Assembly (NCBI GenBank): GCA_050745445.1
Contig: JBOGJN010000339.1
Coordinates: 1-49,587, forward strand
Direction of reading: 5' to 3'
Length of the DNA: 49,587 bases
Source: Thermoanaerobaculia bacterium
GTDB taxonomy: Bacteria; Acidobacteriota; Thermoanaerobaculia; UBA5066; Gp7-AA6
Positions 17,629-28,843 of this stretch are shown one piece after another; position 1 is the stretch's first letter, and each line of letters begins with the position of its first letter. The notes below the pieces were generated by a model. It searched no databases. It saw only the letters and a list, made by a program, of their open reading frames with translations, and was not told the DNA's origin. The translations under genes were made by a program, and so were the position numbers.

Positions 17629-17700
17629 GGAGGTAGGTGGTAGGACGTAGGTGGTGAGGGTTCTCCCGAGGTCCTTCGTCCTAAGTCCTACGTCCTTCTT
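17629..17700. repeat. Heptad-periodic stem-loop (GGACGTA/GGTGGTA-type) between pdxS and pdxT
   Basis: The plus strand reads GGAGGTA GGTGGTA GGACGTA GGTGGTG ... CCTTCGT CCTAAGT CCTACGT CCTTCTT. The perfect core stem is AGGACGTAGG (17642-17651) with CCTACGTCCT (17687-17696). It shares an identical 23-mer with the element at 45938-46041. Confidence 0.85.
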
Positions 17701-17704
17701 CACT

Positions 17705-18589
17705 TCACCAGCCTCGGGTTTGTAACTGCGCCTCTTGCGGCAACCCCGCGGCTTCGATGCCTTTCATACCGGAACCCAGGGACTCCTCCGCCGCGACCAG
17801 GGCCTGCGGGTCCCGCCAGTGGGTCGTGGCCTGGACGATCGCTCGGGCTCGTCTTTCGGGATCCTCCGACTTGAAGATCCCGGAGCCCACAAAGATCGCC
17901 TCGGCGCCCAGCGCCATGCAGAGCGCGGCGTCACAGGGCGTCGCGATGCCTCCGGCTGCAAAGTTGGGCACCGGGAGCCTGCCCTTCTCCGCCACTTCCG
18001 CGACCAATTCGTACGGAGCCCCCAGGCGCTTGGCCTCGTGCATCCACTCCTCTTTCGGCATCAGTGTCAGGTTGCGGATCTCGCGCCCGATCTCCCGCAG
18101 GTGCTTGACCGCATGCACGACGTCGCCCGTTCCAGCCTCCCCTTTCGTGCGGATCATTGCAGCGCCCTCACCGATCCGGCGCAACGCCTCGCCCAAGTTC
18201 CGGCACCCACACACGAAGGGGACCGTGAAGGCGCGTTTTTCCACATGGTGCTGCTCGTCGGCCGGCGTCAGCACCTCCGACTCGTCGATGAAGTCCACTT
18301 TCAGCGCCTCGAGCACCCTGGCTTCGGCGAAGTGGCCGATACGGCACTTGGCCATCACGGGGATCGAGACGGCTTGCTGGATCTCGCGGATTTTGGAAAC
18401 AGGCGACATGCGCGCGACTCCCCCATCCCGGCGGATGTCGGCTGGCACGCGTTCCAGGGCCATGACGGCCGCCGCGCCCGCTGCCTCGGCGATTTTCGCC
18501 TGTGCGGCGTCCACGACGTCCATGATGACGCCCCCCTTGAGCATCTCGGCCAGGCCCACCTTGACGCGGAAACTGTCATCCAACTTCAT
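17705..18589 (-). CDS. pdxS: Pyridoxal 5'-phosphate synthase lyase subunit PdxS
   Basis: It contains [47 protein letters not shown] 18589 is preceded by GGGGGGAG. The track start is 18628. Confidence 0.93.
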   Translation of the reverse strand: MKLDDSFRVKVGLAEMLKGGVIMDVVDAAQAKIAEAAGAAAVMALERVPADIRRDGGVARMSPVSKIREIQQAVSIPVMAKCRIGHFAEARVLEALKVDFIDESEVLTPADEQHHVEKRAFTVPFVCGCRNLGEALRRIGEGAAMIRTKGEAGTGDVVHAVKHLREIGREIRNLTLMPKEEWMHEAKRLGAPYELVAEVAEKGRLPVPNFAAGGIATPCDAALCMALGAEAIFVGSGIFKSEDPERRARAIVQATTHWRDPQALVAAEESLGSGMKGIEAAGLPQEAQLQTRGW

Positions 18590-18605
18590 GGCTCCCCCCT
18601 TTACG

Positions 18606-18620
18606 CTCGACTCTCGACTC
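18606..18620 (-). repeat. Orphan half of the GTCGAGR heptad element
   Basis: The minus strand reads GAGTCGAGAGTCGAG. This is identical to the first 15 nt of the left arm at 34858-34872. It lies 4 nt after the pdxR stop and I found no complementary arm nearby. Confidence 0.6.
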
Positions 18621-18624
18621 GTTT

Positions 18625-20019
18625 TCAAACCACTGGCATCGCATGCGCGCCAGAGGCAGCAGCCACCGCCCGCACCGCCTCCGACAACACGCGGATGCCC
18701 TGATCCACCCGCCTCTTGTCCACCCGGGAGACCGAGAGGCGCAGGTTGCTGCGGTCCTGCCCCCGCGGGTCAAAGTCCGCTCCCGGCGCGACACCCACGC
18801 CGCGCGCGGCTGCCGCCTCGGCCACCCGGCGGCCCGAGACCCCCGGAGGAAGGTGCAGCCAGAACAGAGGGTTTCCGACCTCGCCTCCCCACCAGGAGAC
18901 CTCCGCCAAATGGATCTTCAAGGCCCGAACCGCCGCGATTCGCCTCGCCTCGACATCCAGCACCCTGCTCCTGCGGGCCCGCCGGTCCGCACCGGCGCGC
19001 AGGAACTCCGCGACGGCCGCCTGGAGCGGAAGCGGAGTTTGAAAGTCGGCGGTCTTCTTGACGCGGGCGAGCCTCTCGATGACTGTCGAGGGCCCTGCGA
19101 GCCAGCCGATGCGGAAGCCGGGCACCAGGTCCTTCGACAGCGTGCCGAGCCAGATCGTCCGCTCCGGGAGCCTGGCCGTCAGGGGTGGAAGGCCCGATTC
19201 CGGCTCCTCGTAGCCATCCTCGACAAGCAGCGCCCCCGAGGACACGGTCGCCTCCAGAAGCTTCTCGCGCCGCGTTTCGGTCGCCGTGACCCCCGTCGGA
19301 TTCTGGCGCTCGGGCATCACGTAGACGAGCTTTGCCCGCCGCCCGAGCAGCGGCCGCGGGTCTGGACCGTCGGCCTCCATCGGAAGCGGCAAGATCTCGA
19401 CGCCCGCAAACCGCGCCAGGGCGAGAGCGCCGGAATAGGTCGGGGACTCCATGGCGACCACATCCCCGGGATCGGCAAATGCCCGAAACAACAGATCCAG
19501 GCCCTGCTGTGCGCCGCTCGTCACCAGGATCTGCTCGGGGCTTCTCGCCACACCGTGCAGGGCAAGCCGCCGCGAGATCTCCTGGCGCAGCTCCTCGAGT
19601 CCGAGAGGGGGCGCGTACTGCCAGAGATCACGCCGGCGGCCCCATGCCTCCGAGAGTGTCCGAGTGAACTCCTCGAGGGGGAAGAAACGTTCGTCGGGCG
19701 TCAACCGCGAAAAGTCGGCGATCGCCGGAGAAAAGACCGGAGAAGACGTCTCCGGGGACAGACGCGAGACCCGGCCCGAGAGCAGGGTCTCCAGATCGAA
19801 CTCGGCCGGTGCGCGGGAAGAGGGCCGCACGACAGTCCCGCTTCCGACCCGGCCCTGCGCCAGTCCAGCCTCCTGGAGCCGGCGGTAGGCAGCCTGCACG
19901 GTGCCGCGATTGATCCCGAGCCTTACCGCTAGCTCTCGTGTGGTCGGCAAGCGGCTGCCCACGGCCACGAGGCCGGCAACGATCCGGTCGCCCAGCAGCG
20001 CAGCCAGCTGCTCGGCCAT
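18625..20019 (-). CDS. pdxR: MocR/PdxR-type regulator (GntR wHTH fused to a fold-type-I aminotransferase-like domain)
   Basis: The HTH is [31 protein letters not shown], and a long aminotransferase-like domain follows. It sits directly upstream of pdxS-pdxT. I prefer ATG 20019. The track TTG at 20082 would translate the operator repeats. Confidence 0.85.
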   Translation of the reverse strand: MAEQLAALLGDRIVAGLVAVGSRLPTTRELAVRLGINRGTVQAAYRRLQEAGLAQGRVGSGTVVRPSSRAPAEFDLETLLSGRVSRLSPETSSPVFSPAIADFSRLTPDERFFPLEEFTRTLSEAWGRRRDLWQYAPPLGLEELRQEISRRLALHGVARSPEQILVTSGAQQGLDLLFRAFADPGDVVAMESPTYSGALALARFAGVEILPLPMEADGPDPRPLLGRRAKLVYVMPERQNPTGVTATETRREKLLEATVSSGALLVEDGYEEPESGLPPLTARLPERTIWLGTLSKDLVPGFRIGWLAGPSTVIERLARVKKTADFQTPLPLQAAVAEFLRAGADRRARRSRVLDVEARRIAAVRALKIHLAEVSWWGGEVGNPLFWLHLPPGVSGRRVAEAAAARGVGVAPGADFDPRGQDRSNLRLSVSRVDKRRVDQGIRVLSEAVRAVAAASGAHAMPVV

Positions 20020-20057
20020 CGGCTGGCTCGAGGATCGATCGAGGCTAAACGAGCTCG

Positions 20058-20090
20058 ACCAATCCAATTGGTCTATCACCAACCCAATTG
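20058..20090 (-). promoter_or_regulatory. Two 13-bp direct repeats CAATTGG(G/A)TTGGT spaced 20 bp apart (candidate PdxR operator)
   Basis: On the plus strand the repeats are ACCAATCCAATTG (20058-20070) and ACCAACCCAATTG (20078-20090), with one mismatch between them. The distal copy overlaps the predicted -10. Confidence 0.5.
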
Positions 20091-20115
20091 TATTGCGGAG
20101 ATGTCAGTTGAGCAA
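20087..20115 (-). promoter_or_regulatory. Predicted sigma70-type promoter of pdxR: TTGCTC-N17-TACAAT
   Basis: The minus strand reads TTGCTC (20115-20110), then a 17-nt spacer AACTGACATCTCCGCAA, then TACAAT (20092-20087). It lies about 68 nt upstream of ATG 20019. Confidence 0.5.
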
Positions 20116-20119
20116 CAGG

Positions 20120-20141
20120 ATAAAGACCAGGGTGGCCCTGG
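20120..20141 (-). terminator. Candidate intrinsic terminator CCAGGG-CCA-CCCTGG followed by TCTTTAT
   Basis: It has a 6-bp GC stem (20127-20141) followed on the minus strand by a short T-rich run. It lies about 105 nt downstream of the DUF507-like stop and just before the pdxR -35. Confidence 0.3.
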
Positions 20142-20245
20142 CTAGCAAAGGAGCAGGTTCCCACTACCGAAATATTAAAGTAGTAATTTCCGACTTCTAA
20201 GTCACTTTATACAAGCGATTACCTAAATTCTACCGTTGTTTCGTG

Positions 20246-20512
20246 TCAAGCCCCGCGCTTGCGCAACTCCTCCTCGAGGCCCTTCGCGAAGAGAAACTCC
20301 TGATCCCTCCCAGGTGCCCGCTTTCGGCGCCCGACAGAGTCCTGCACCTTTTGCTCGATCGCCTCCAGTTCCTCGTAGCTCTCCGTCAGGACCCTCGTGA
20401 CCGCCCTCTGCACTGTTTCGTCATCGGCCTTTTGCACGAGATTCATGTTCTCTTTGAGCTTTCGGCTGATCATGCGGGCAAGATACAGGATCCGGTCCGA
20501 GGAGGCCTTCAC
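20246..20512 (-). CDS. Small DUF507-like protein
   Basis: GTG 20512 is preceded by GGGAGGGAG and overlaps the upstream stop as GTGA. The 88-aa product VKASSDRILYLARMISRKLKEN...EEELRKRGA resembles DUF507 as I remember it. The track N-terminal extension is Arg/Gly-rich and overlaps the upstream gene. Confidence 0.6.
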   Translation of the reverse strand: MKASSDRILYLARMISRKLKENMNLVQKADDETVQRAVTRVLTESYEELEAIEQKVQDSVGRRKRAPGRDQEFLFAKGLEEELRKRGA

Positions 20513-21132
20513 TGCTCCCTCCCTGAGAGCAGTTGGTCGGTCAGAGGGTGATGAAAGAGTTGCGCGAAAACCGCCGGCGGCAAAGCGGCCACATCCGCGC
20601 CCATCAGGGCCGCGTCCAACAGATGCACGGGGTTGCGCAGCTCGCAAACCAGGATCTGTGTCTGAAACCCGTAGTTGTCGTAGACACGGATGACCTGCTC
20701 GACCAGATCCATTCCAATCGAGCCGACCTGATCGAGCGGTCCCACCGCCGGGGCGACATAGCCCACGTTCGCCTTGGCCGCGATCAGGGCCTGGGCTGCC
20801 GAGTAACAGCCGGAGGCGCAGACGGCCACCTGGTCCTGGGCGAGAAGGCGAGCCACCCGCATCCCGTTTGGCTCGATCGGCAGCTGAATGACGATGTCCT
20901 TGCCGAGCTTGGCAAGCTCTCGAGCCTGCTTGTACATACCCTTCTGATCGGCCGAGGCCAGCTCCACGCAGACAGGCCCATCCGACACAGCGGCCAGATC
21001 GCGGATGGCCCGGCGGTAGTCGAGTCCCGCCGCCTCGGCCGCCGCCGCCGAGACCCAGACCCCGTCGAGCAAACCCCAGTCGCGGGCCTTCCGGGCCTCC
21101 TCGACCGAGGCGCTATCGAGAAAGAAGCGCAT
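20509..21132 (-). CDS. Transaldolase/Fsa-fold protein with substituted active-site residues (probable pseudoenzyme)
   Basis: The 207-aa product aligns by eye with the short transaldolases (MRFFLDSASVEE...HHPLTDQ). Against that alignment VKIP is IQLP, GVTTNPS is GVWVSAA, and SPFLGR is APAVGP. Confidence 0.75.
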   Translation of the reverse strand: MRFFLDSASVEEARKARDWGLLDGVWVSAAAAEAAGLDYRRAIRDLAAVSDGPVCVELASADQKGMYKQARELAKLGKDIVIQLPIEPNGMRVARLLAQDQVAVCASGCYSAAQALIAAKANVGYVAPAVGPLDQVGSIGMDLVEQVIRVYDNYGFQTQILVCELRNPVHLLDAALMGADVAALPPAVFAQLFHHPLTDQLLSGREQ

Positions 21133-21142
21133 GGGAGGCGGG

Positions 21143-21148
21143 ATTCTA
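21143..21148 (-). promoter_or_regulatory. -10-like box TAGAAT(C), 10 nt upstream of ATG 21132
   Basis: The minus strand reads TATAGAATC-CCGCCTCCC-ATG. The spacer is pyrimidine-rich with no SD. The box lies directly after the hairpin at 21155-21228. Confidence 0.35.
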
Positions 21149-21154
21149 TAGGAA

Positions 21155-21228
21155 GCCTTCAGCCCTCAGCCGACAGCTCTATTAGCCGGAACCGCCGCCT
21201 GCCCAGCTGAAAGCTGACAGCCGAAAGC
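21155..21228 (-). repeat. Heptad-periodic stem-loop downstream of gyrA (CAGCYGA-type), best folded as minus-strand RNA
   Basis: The left arm is CCTTCAG CCCTCAG CCGACAG and the right arm is CAGCTGA AAGCTGA CAGCCGA AAGCGGA. Over 24 positions I counted 17 Watson-Crick pairs, 4 positions that are C:A on the plus strand (G:U on the minus strand) and 3 mismatches. Confidence 0.75.
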
Positions 21229-21234
21229 GGATAT

Positions 21235-23874
21235 CTATTGGTCTTCGTCGTCGAGGAAGGGGGCCGCCGACTTCTCTGCCTTGGTCTTGGAGGTCTGGGC
21301 CTTTGAGTCTCCACCCGCTGGAAGCGGCGCCTGCGCCTCCTCTTCCAGCTCGTCGGGCTCCGCCAGCTTGGCGACCGCGACCACGCGATCCCCTTCCTCG
21401 AGATAGATCAAGCGAACACCCTGGGCGGCCCGCCCGGTCTCACGGATGTCCTTGACCTTGATGCGGATCAACATGCCGCTCTGCGTGATCAAGAGTAGCT
21501 GATCGGCATCCGTGACCGACTTGATGCCCGCCACCGGGCCGTTTTTCTCGGTGACCTTGAGGTTGATCACGCCCGAGCCGCCGCGCTGCTGGAAGCGGTA
21601 TTCCGAGGCCTCCGAGCGCTTCCCGTATCCCTTCTCGGTGACGGTCAGAAGGTGTCCTGTCTCCTCGACGACGTCCATCTCGACGACATAGTCGTCTTTC
21701 TTCAGCGTAATGCCGATCACGCCGGTCGTATCGCGGCCCATCGCGCGGACATCCTTCTCGGCGAAACGGATGCCTTGCCCCTGGTGCGTGCCGATGAAGA
21801 TCTGGCGGCTCCCGTCTGTGATCCGCACGGACAAGAGTTCGTCTCCGTCCTCGATGTTGGTCGCGATGATCCCGCCCGAGCGCACGTTCGAATAGGCGGA
21901 AAGCGGGGTCTTCTTGACCAGGCCCCTCTTCGTCGCGAACATCAGGAAGCGGTCCTCGGGGAAGTCCTTGGTCGCAGCCAGCGCGACCATCCGTTCGTTG
22001 GGCTCGAGGTTCAGGAGATTCACGATGGCCTTCCCGCGCGTCGCCGGCCCCAGCTGCGGCAGATCGTAGACCTTGATCCAGTGCATCCGCCCGCGGTCCG
22101 TGAAGGCCAGGATGTAGGCGTGTGTGGAGGCGACGAAGAGATGCTCGACGACATCCTCCTCCTTGGTCGTCGCGCCGATGCGCCCCTTGCCGCCGCGGCG
22201 CTGGGCGCGGTAAAGCGACAGGGGAGAGCGCTTGATGTAGCCCCCGCGCGAGACAGTGATGACCATGTCCTCCTCGACGATCAGGTCTTCGATGTCGATG
22301 TCGGAGGCCTCGGCCACGATCTGCGTACGGCGCTCGTCGCCGAACTGCTTCTTGATGTCGGTCAATTCCTGCACGATGATGTCGAGCACGAGCTTTTCGG
22401 AGCCGAGGATCTCCTTGAACTTCGTGATGAGGGCGAGGACCTCCTGCAGCTCCGCGACGATCTTTTCGCGCTCCAGACCCGTCAAACGCTGCAGGCGCAT
22501 GTCCAGGATGGCCTGGGCCTGCACGTCGTCCAACCGAACGATCTCTTTCTCCTTGCCCCGGGCCGCACCCTCCCCAAGCGGCGCGCCGACGAATTTCTCG
22601 AGCACCCCCCGCGCCATCGAGACCTCGGCAACCAGGCGCTCCTTGGCTTCCTTGGGGTCCTGGGAGGCCCGGATGATCTTGATGACCTGCTCGATGTTGG
22701 CGAGCGCCAGGGCCAAACCCCGCAGCAGGTGGGCGCGCTCCTCGGCCTTTTTCAAGTCGAACTGCGTGCGCCGGATGACGACCGCCTTGCGGTGGTCGAT
22801 GAAGTGCCGCAGCAGGTCATGCAGCGGCAGGACCCTTGGCTGGTTGTCGACGATCGCGAGGAAGATGATCCCGAAGGTGGACTGCATCGGGGTCAGCGCG
22901 TAGAGCTGATTCAGGATGACCTGCGCGTTCTCACCGCGCTTCAATTCCACGACCATGCGGATGCCGTCGCGGTCGCTCTCGTCGCGCAGGTCGGAGATGC
23001 CCTCGATTTTCTTGTCGTTGACGAGCTCGGCGATCCTCTCGATCAACTTGGCCTTGTTGACCTGGTAGGGGATCTCGGTGACGACGATCGACTCCTTATC
23101 GCCGCGCGCGGTCTTTTCGATCATGGCCTTGGCGCGCACCTGGACGATCCCGCGCCCCGTCTTGTACGCCTCCCGGATGCCGTCCCCGCCGTGGATGAAG
23201 CCCGCAGTGGGGAAGTCCGGCCCCGGCAGCTTCTTCATGAGCTGCCCGAGGGTGGCATCGGGGCGGCGGATCAGCTCGATCGTGGCGTCCACGACCTCCG
23301 AGAGGTTGTGGGGCGGAATGTTTGTCGCCATGCCGACGGCGATGCCGGCCGAGCCGTTGACGAGCAGGTTGGGGAACTTGGCCGGCAAGACCATCGGCTC
23401 GACGAGGGAGCCGTCGTAGGTCGGCGTCCAGTCGACCGTCTCCTTGTCGATGTCGTCACCGATCATCTCGGCCGCGAGGCGCGTCAAGCGCACCTCGGTG
23501 TAGCGCATGGCGGCGGGGTTGTCCCCGTCCACCGAGCCGAAGTTGCCCTGGCCGTCCACCAGCGGGTACCGCAGCGAAAAGTCCTGCGCCATGCGCACAA
23601 TCGAGTCGTAGACGGCCCCTTCCCCGTGCGGGTGGTACTTGCCGAGCACGTCTCCAACGATGCGGGCGGACTTCTTGTACGGCTTGTTGTGGAGATTGCC
23701 CTGCTCCCACATGCCGTACAGGCAGCGGCGGTGGACTGGTTTCAAGCCATCGCGCACGTCCGGTAGCGCGCGGCCGATGATGACCGACATCGCGTAGTCG
23801 AGGTAGGAGCGCCGGACCTCCTCCTCGATCGTGACCGGGACCTTCTCTTCGTGGCTCAAGAGGTTGGTCGTCAT
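21235..23874 (-). CDS. gyrA: DNA gyrase subunit A
   Basis: 879 aa with [35 protein letters not shown] (active-site Tyr region) and C-terminal beta-pinwheel repeats. Confidence 0.97.
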   Translation of the reverse strand: MTTNLLSHEEKVPVTIEEEVRRSYLDYAMSVIIGRALPDVRDGLKPVHRRCLYGMWEQGNLHNKPYKKSARIVGDVLGKYHPHGEGAVYDSIVRMAQDFSLRYPLVDGQGNFGSVDGDNPAAMRYTEVRLTRLAAEMIGDDIDKETVDWTPTYDGSLVEPMVLPAKFPNLLVNGSAGIAVGMATNIPPHNLSEVVDATIELIRRPDATLGQLMKKLPGPDFPTAGFIHGGDGIREAYKTGRGIVQVRAKAMIEKTARGDKESIVVTEIPYQVNKAKLIERIAELVNDKKIEGISDLRDESDRDGIRMVVELKRGENAQVILNQLYALTPMQSTFGIIFLAIVDNQPRVLPLHDLLRHFIDHRKAVVIRRTQFDLKKAEERAHLLRGLALALANIEQVIKIIRASQDPKEAKERLVAEVSMARGVLEKFVGAPLGEGAARGKEKEIVRLDDVQAQAILDMRLQRLTGLEREKIVAELQEVLALITKFKEILGSEKLVLDIIVQELTDIKKQFGDERRTQIVAEASDIDIEDLIVEEDMVITVSRGGYIKRSPLSLYRAQRRGGKGRIGATTKEEDVVEHLFVASTHAYILAFTDRGRMHWIKVYDLPQLGPATRGKAIVNLLNLEPNERMVALAATKDFPEDRFLMFATKRGLVKKTPLSAYSNVRSGGIIATNIEDGDELLSVRITDGSRQIFIGTHQGQGIRFAEKDVRAMGRDTTGVIGITLKKDDYVVEMDVVEETGHLLTVTEKGYGKRSEASEYRFQQRGGSGVINLKVTEKNGPVAGIKSVTDADQLLLITQSGMLIRIKVKDIRETGRAAQGVRLIYLEEGDRVVAVAKLAEPDELEEEAQAPLPAGGDSKAQTSKTKAEKSAAPFLDDEDQ

Positions 23875-23888
23875 GCTCCACCCGCACC

Positions 23889-23962
23889 GTCATCCTGAGG
23901 GCCACAGGCCCGAAGGATCTCGGCGCTCCCGGGAGCAGATCCTTCGCTGCGCTCAGGATGAC
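23889..23962. repeat. Nested REP-like hairpin GTCATCCTGAG...GAAGGATCT...GCTCCCGGGAGC...AGATCCTTC...CTCAGGATGAC between gyrB and gyrA
   Basis: There are three perfectly complementary arm pairs: 11 bp, 9 bp, and a 12-nt central palindrome. The element fills the 94-nt gyrB-gyrA spacer. Confidence 0.85.
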
Positions 23963-23968
23963 AATGGA

Positions 23969-27494
<3,526 letters not shown>

Positions 27495-27505
27495 GGAATC
27501 CTTGA

Positions 27506-28615
27506 TCAGAGCCGCATCGGCATCACGACGTAGAGGTAGCGCGACGCCCCTTCGATGCCTCCCTCGGGCCGACAGAGGCATTGCGCGTTCTCGTCCTTCA
27601 AGTCGAGGCAGACCTTCTCCGTTTCTGCCTCATCCAAGAAATCGAGCAGATACTGGGCGTTCAAACCGATCGAGAGCGGTTCTGCATCGAAGTCGATGTC
27701 GAGAGTCTCGCTGCCTTCACCGAGTTCCTGGCTGGCCGAGGTGATCGTCAGGAGGTTCTTTTCGAAGGTGAGCTTGATGCCCCGCGACCGCTCCGACGAG
27801 AAGAGGGAAACCCGCCGAATCGCGGCCTGACAGAGGACGCGGGGAACACGCGCGAGCCGGTCGTTGCCCTTGGCCAGGATCTTCTCGTAATCGGGGAAAT
27901 TCACGTCCAAGAGCCGGGCAATCAACTGACGGTTGCCGACGCTGAAGAGCAGGTGGTTTTCGGAGTGACGGATGGTCAACTCCGTATCCTCTGCCCCCAT
28001 CTTTAAGATCTCGGCAAGCGCCTTCTTGGGGATCAGAACGTTGGGGAGGCTCCCCTTGGAGCTACTCTTGGAAAAATTGATCATTGCCAGGCGGTGGCCG
28101 TCGGTTGCCACAAGCTCGAACTCTGAGCCCTTATCCTTTAGGAGCGCACCCATCAACTGGAACCGTGTTTCCTCTGCCGAGACGGCATACAAAACCTTGC
28201 GGCTGAGGCGTTTCCAGAGCTCCAAGGGGAAGGTGACTTGCCCTTTCCCGTCCACTTTCGGAACTGTCGGAAAGTCCTCCGCAGGCTGGGCAACCAGACG
28301 AAAAGTGGACCTCTCACAGGTCACGCCCAGATAGTGGTTTTCCATCAACTTCAAGGCTACGTCCGCCTCTGGCAGATTCCGAATTAGGTCAAAAAGTTTG
28401 CGTGCCGGGACCGTCACGCTGCCCGGCCGCGAGACATTGGCTTTTGCCTGAGACAGGAGGGTCAAGTCCAGATCCGTCGACGTAAAGTTCAGGTGGCCGT
28501 CGGCCGCCTTCAACAGAATGTTCGAGAGGATCGGAATGGTGTTTTTTCTCTCTACGACCCCTTGCATGAGCGTGAGCTCATTTAAGAAATCGCCCCGTCG
28601 GACTGTTAACTCCAT
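27506..28615 (-). CDS. dnaN: DNA polymerase III beta sliding clamp
   Basis: 369 aa beginning MELTVRRGDFLNELTLMQGVVERKNTIPILSNILL. An SD sequence GGAGGTGG lies upstream. Confidence 0.96.
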   Translation of the reverse strand: MELTVRRGDFLNELTLMQGVVERKNTIPILSNILLKAADGHLNFTSTDLDLTLLSQAKANVSRPGSVTVPARKLFDLIRNLPEADVALKLMENHYLGVTCERSTFRLVAQPAEDFPTVPKVDGKGQVTFPLELWKRLSRKVLYAVSAEETRFQLMGALLKDKGSEFELVATDGHRLAMINFSKSSSKGSLPNVLIPKKALAEILKMGAEDTELTIRHSENHLLFSVGNRQLIARLLDVNFPDYEKILAKGNDRLARVPRVLCQAAIRRVSLFSSERSRGIKLTFEKNLLTITSASQELGEGSETLDIDFDAEPLSIGLNAQYLLDFLDEAETEKVCLDLKDENAQCLCRPEGGIEGASRYLYVVMPMRL

Positions 28616-28798
28616 GGGAGCGAGCCACCTCCGGAAAGAGAAAAAAGTCTATCACACCTAGCCGTATTCGTAGGGCTGCGGAGAAGCGCGAGAGGTGCTG
28701 AAAAGCCTGCAAAAATCGGCCTTGCGAGAGGCTGGTGTCTGTGCCTGTCGGAGGAGTCCTGCTCGGGTGACCTGGTCAGATGTTTTCTCTGTGAGGTA

Positions 28799-28822
28799 TG
28801 TGGAAAAACTCGCCGTGGAAAA
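28799..28822. promoter_or_regulatory. DnaA boxes in the dnaA-dnaN spacer
   Basis: TGTGGAAAA (28799-28807) is the reverse complement of TTTTCCACA. CGTGGAAAA (28814-28822) is a one-mismatch copy. Compare the consensus TTWTNCACA. Confidence 0.6.
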
Positions 28823-28843
28823 ACAGGGAGAACCGAGCGAAGC

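Noticed and set aside
17623-17703. The N-terminal 27 codons of the track pdxT ORF (MKKDVGLRTKDLGRTLTTYVLPPTSSQ).
   Set aside because: This stretch is a translation of the heptad hairpin. PdxT homology begins at VAVLALQG, where a GTG is available. Similar over-extended N-termini were trimmed for gyrB, recF, yidC, rnpA, pdxS, pdxR, topA, the crotonase and the DUF507-like gene.
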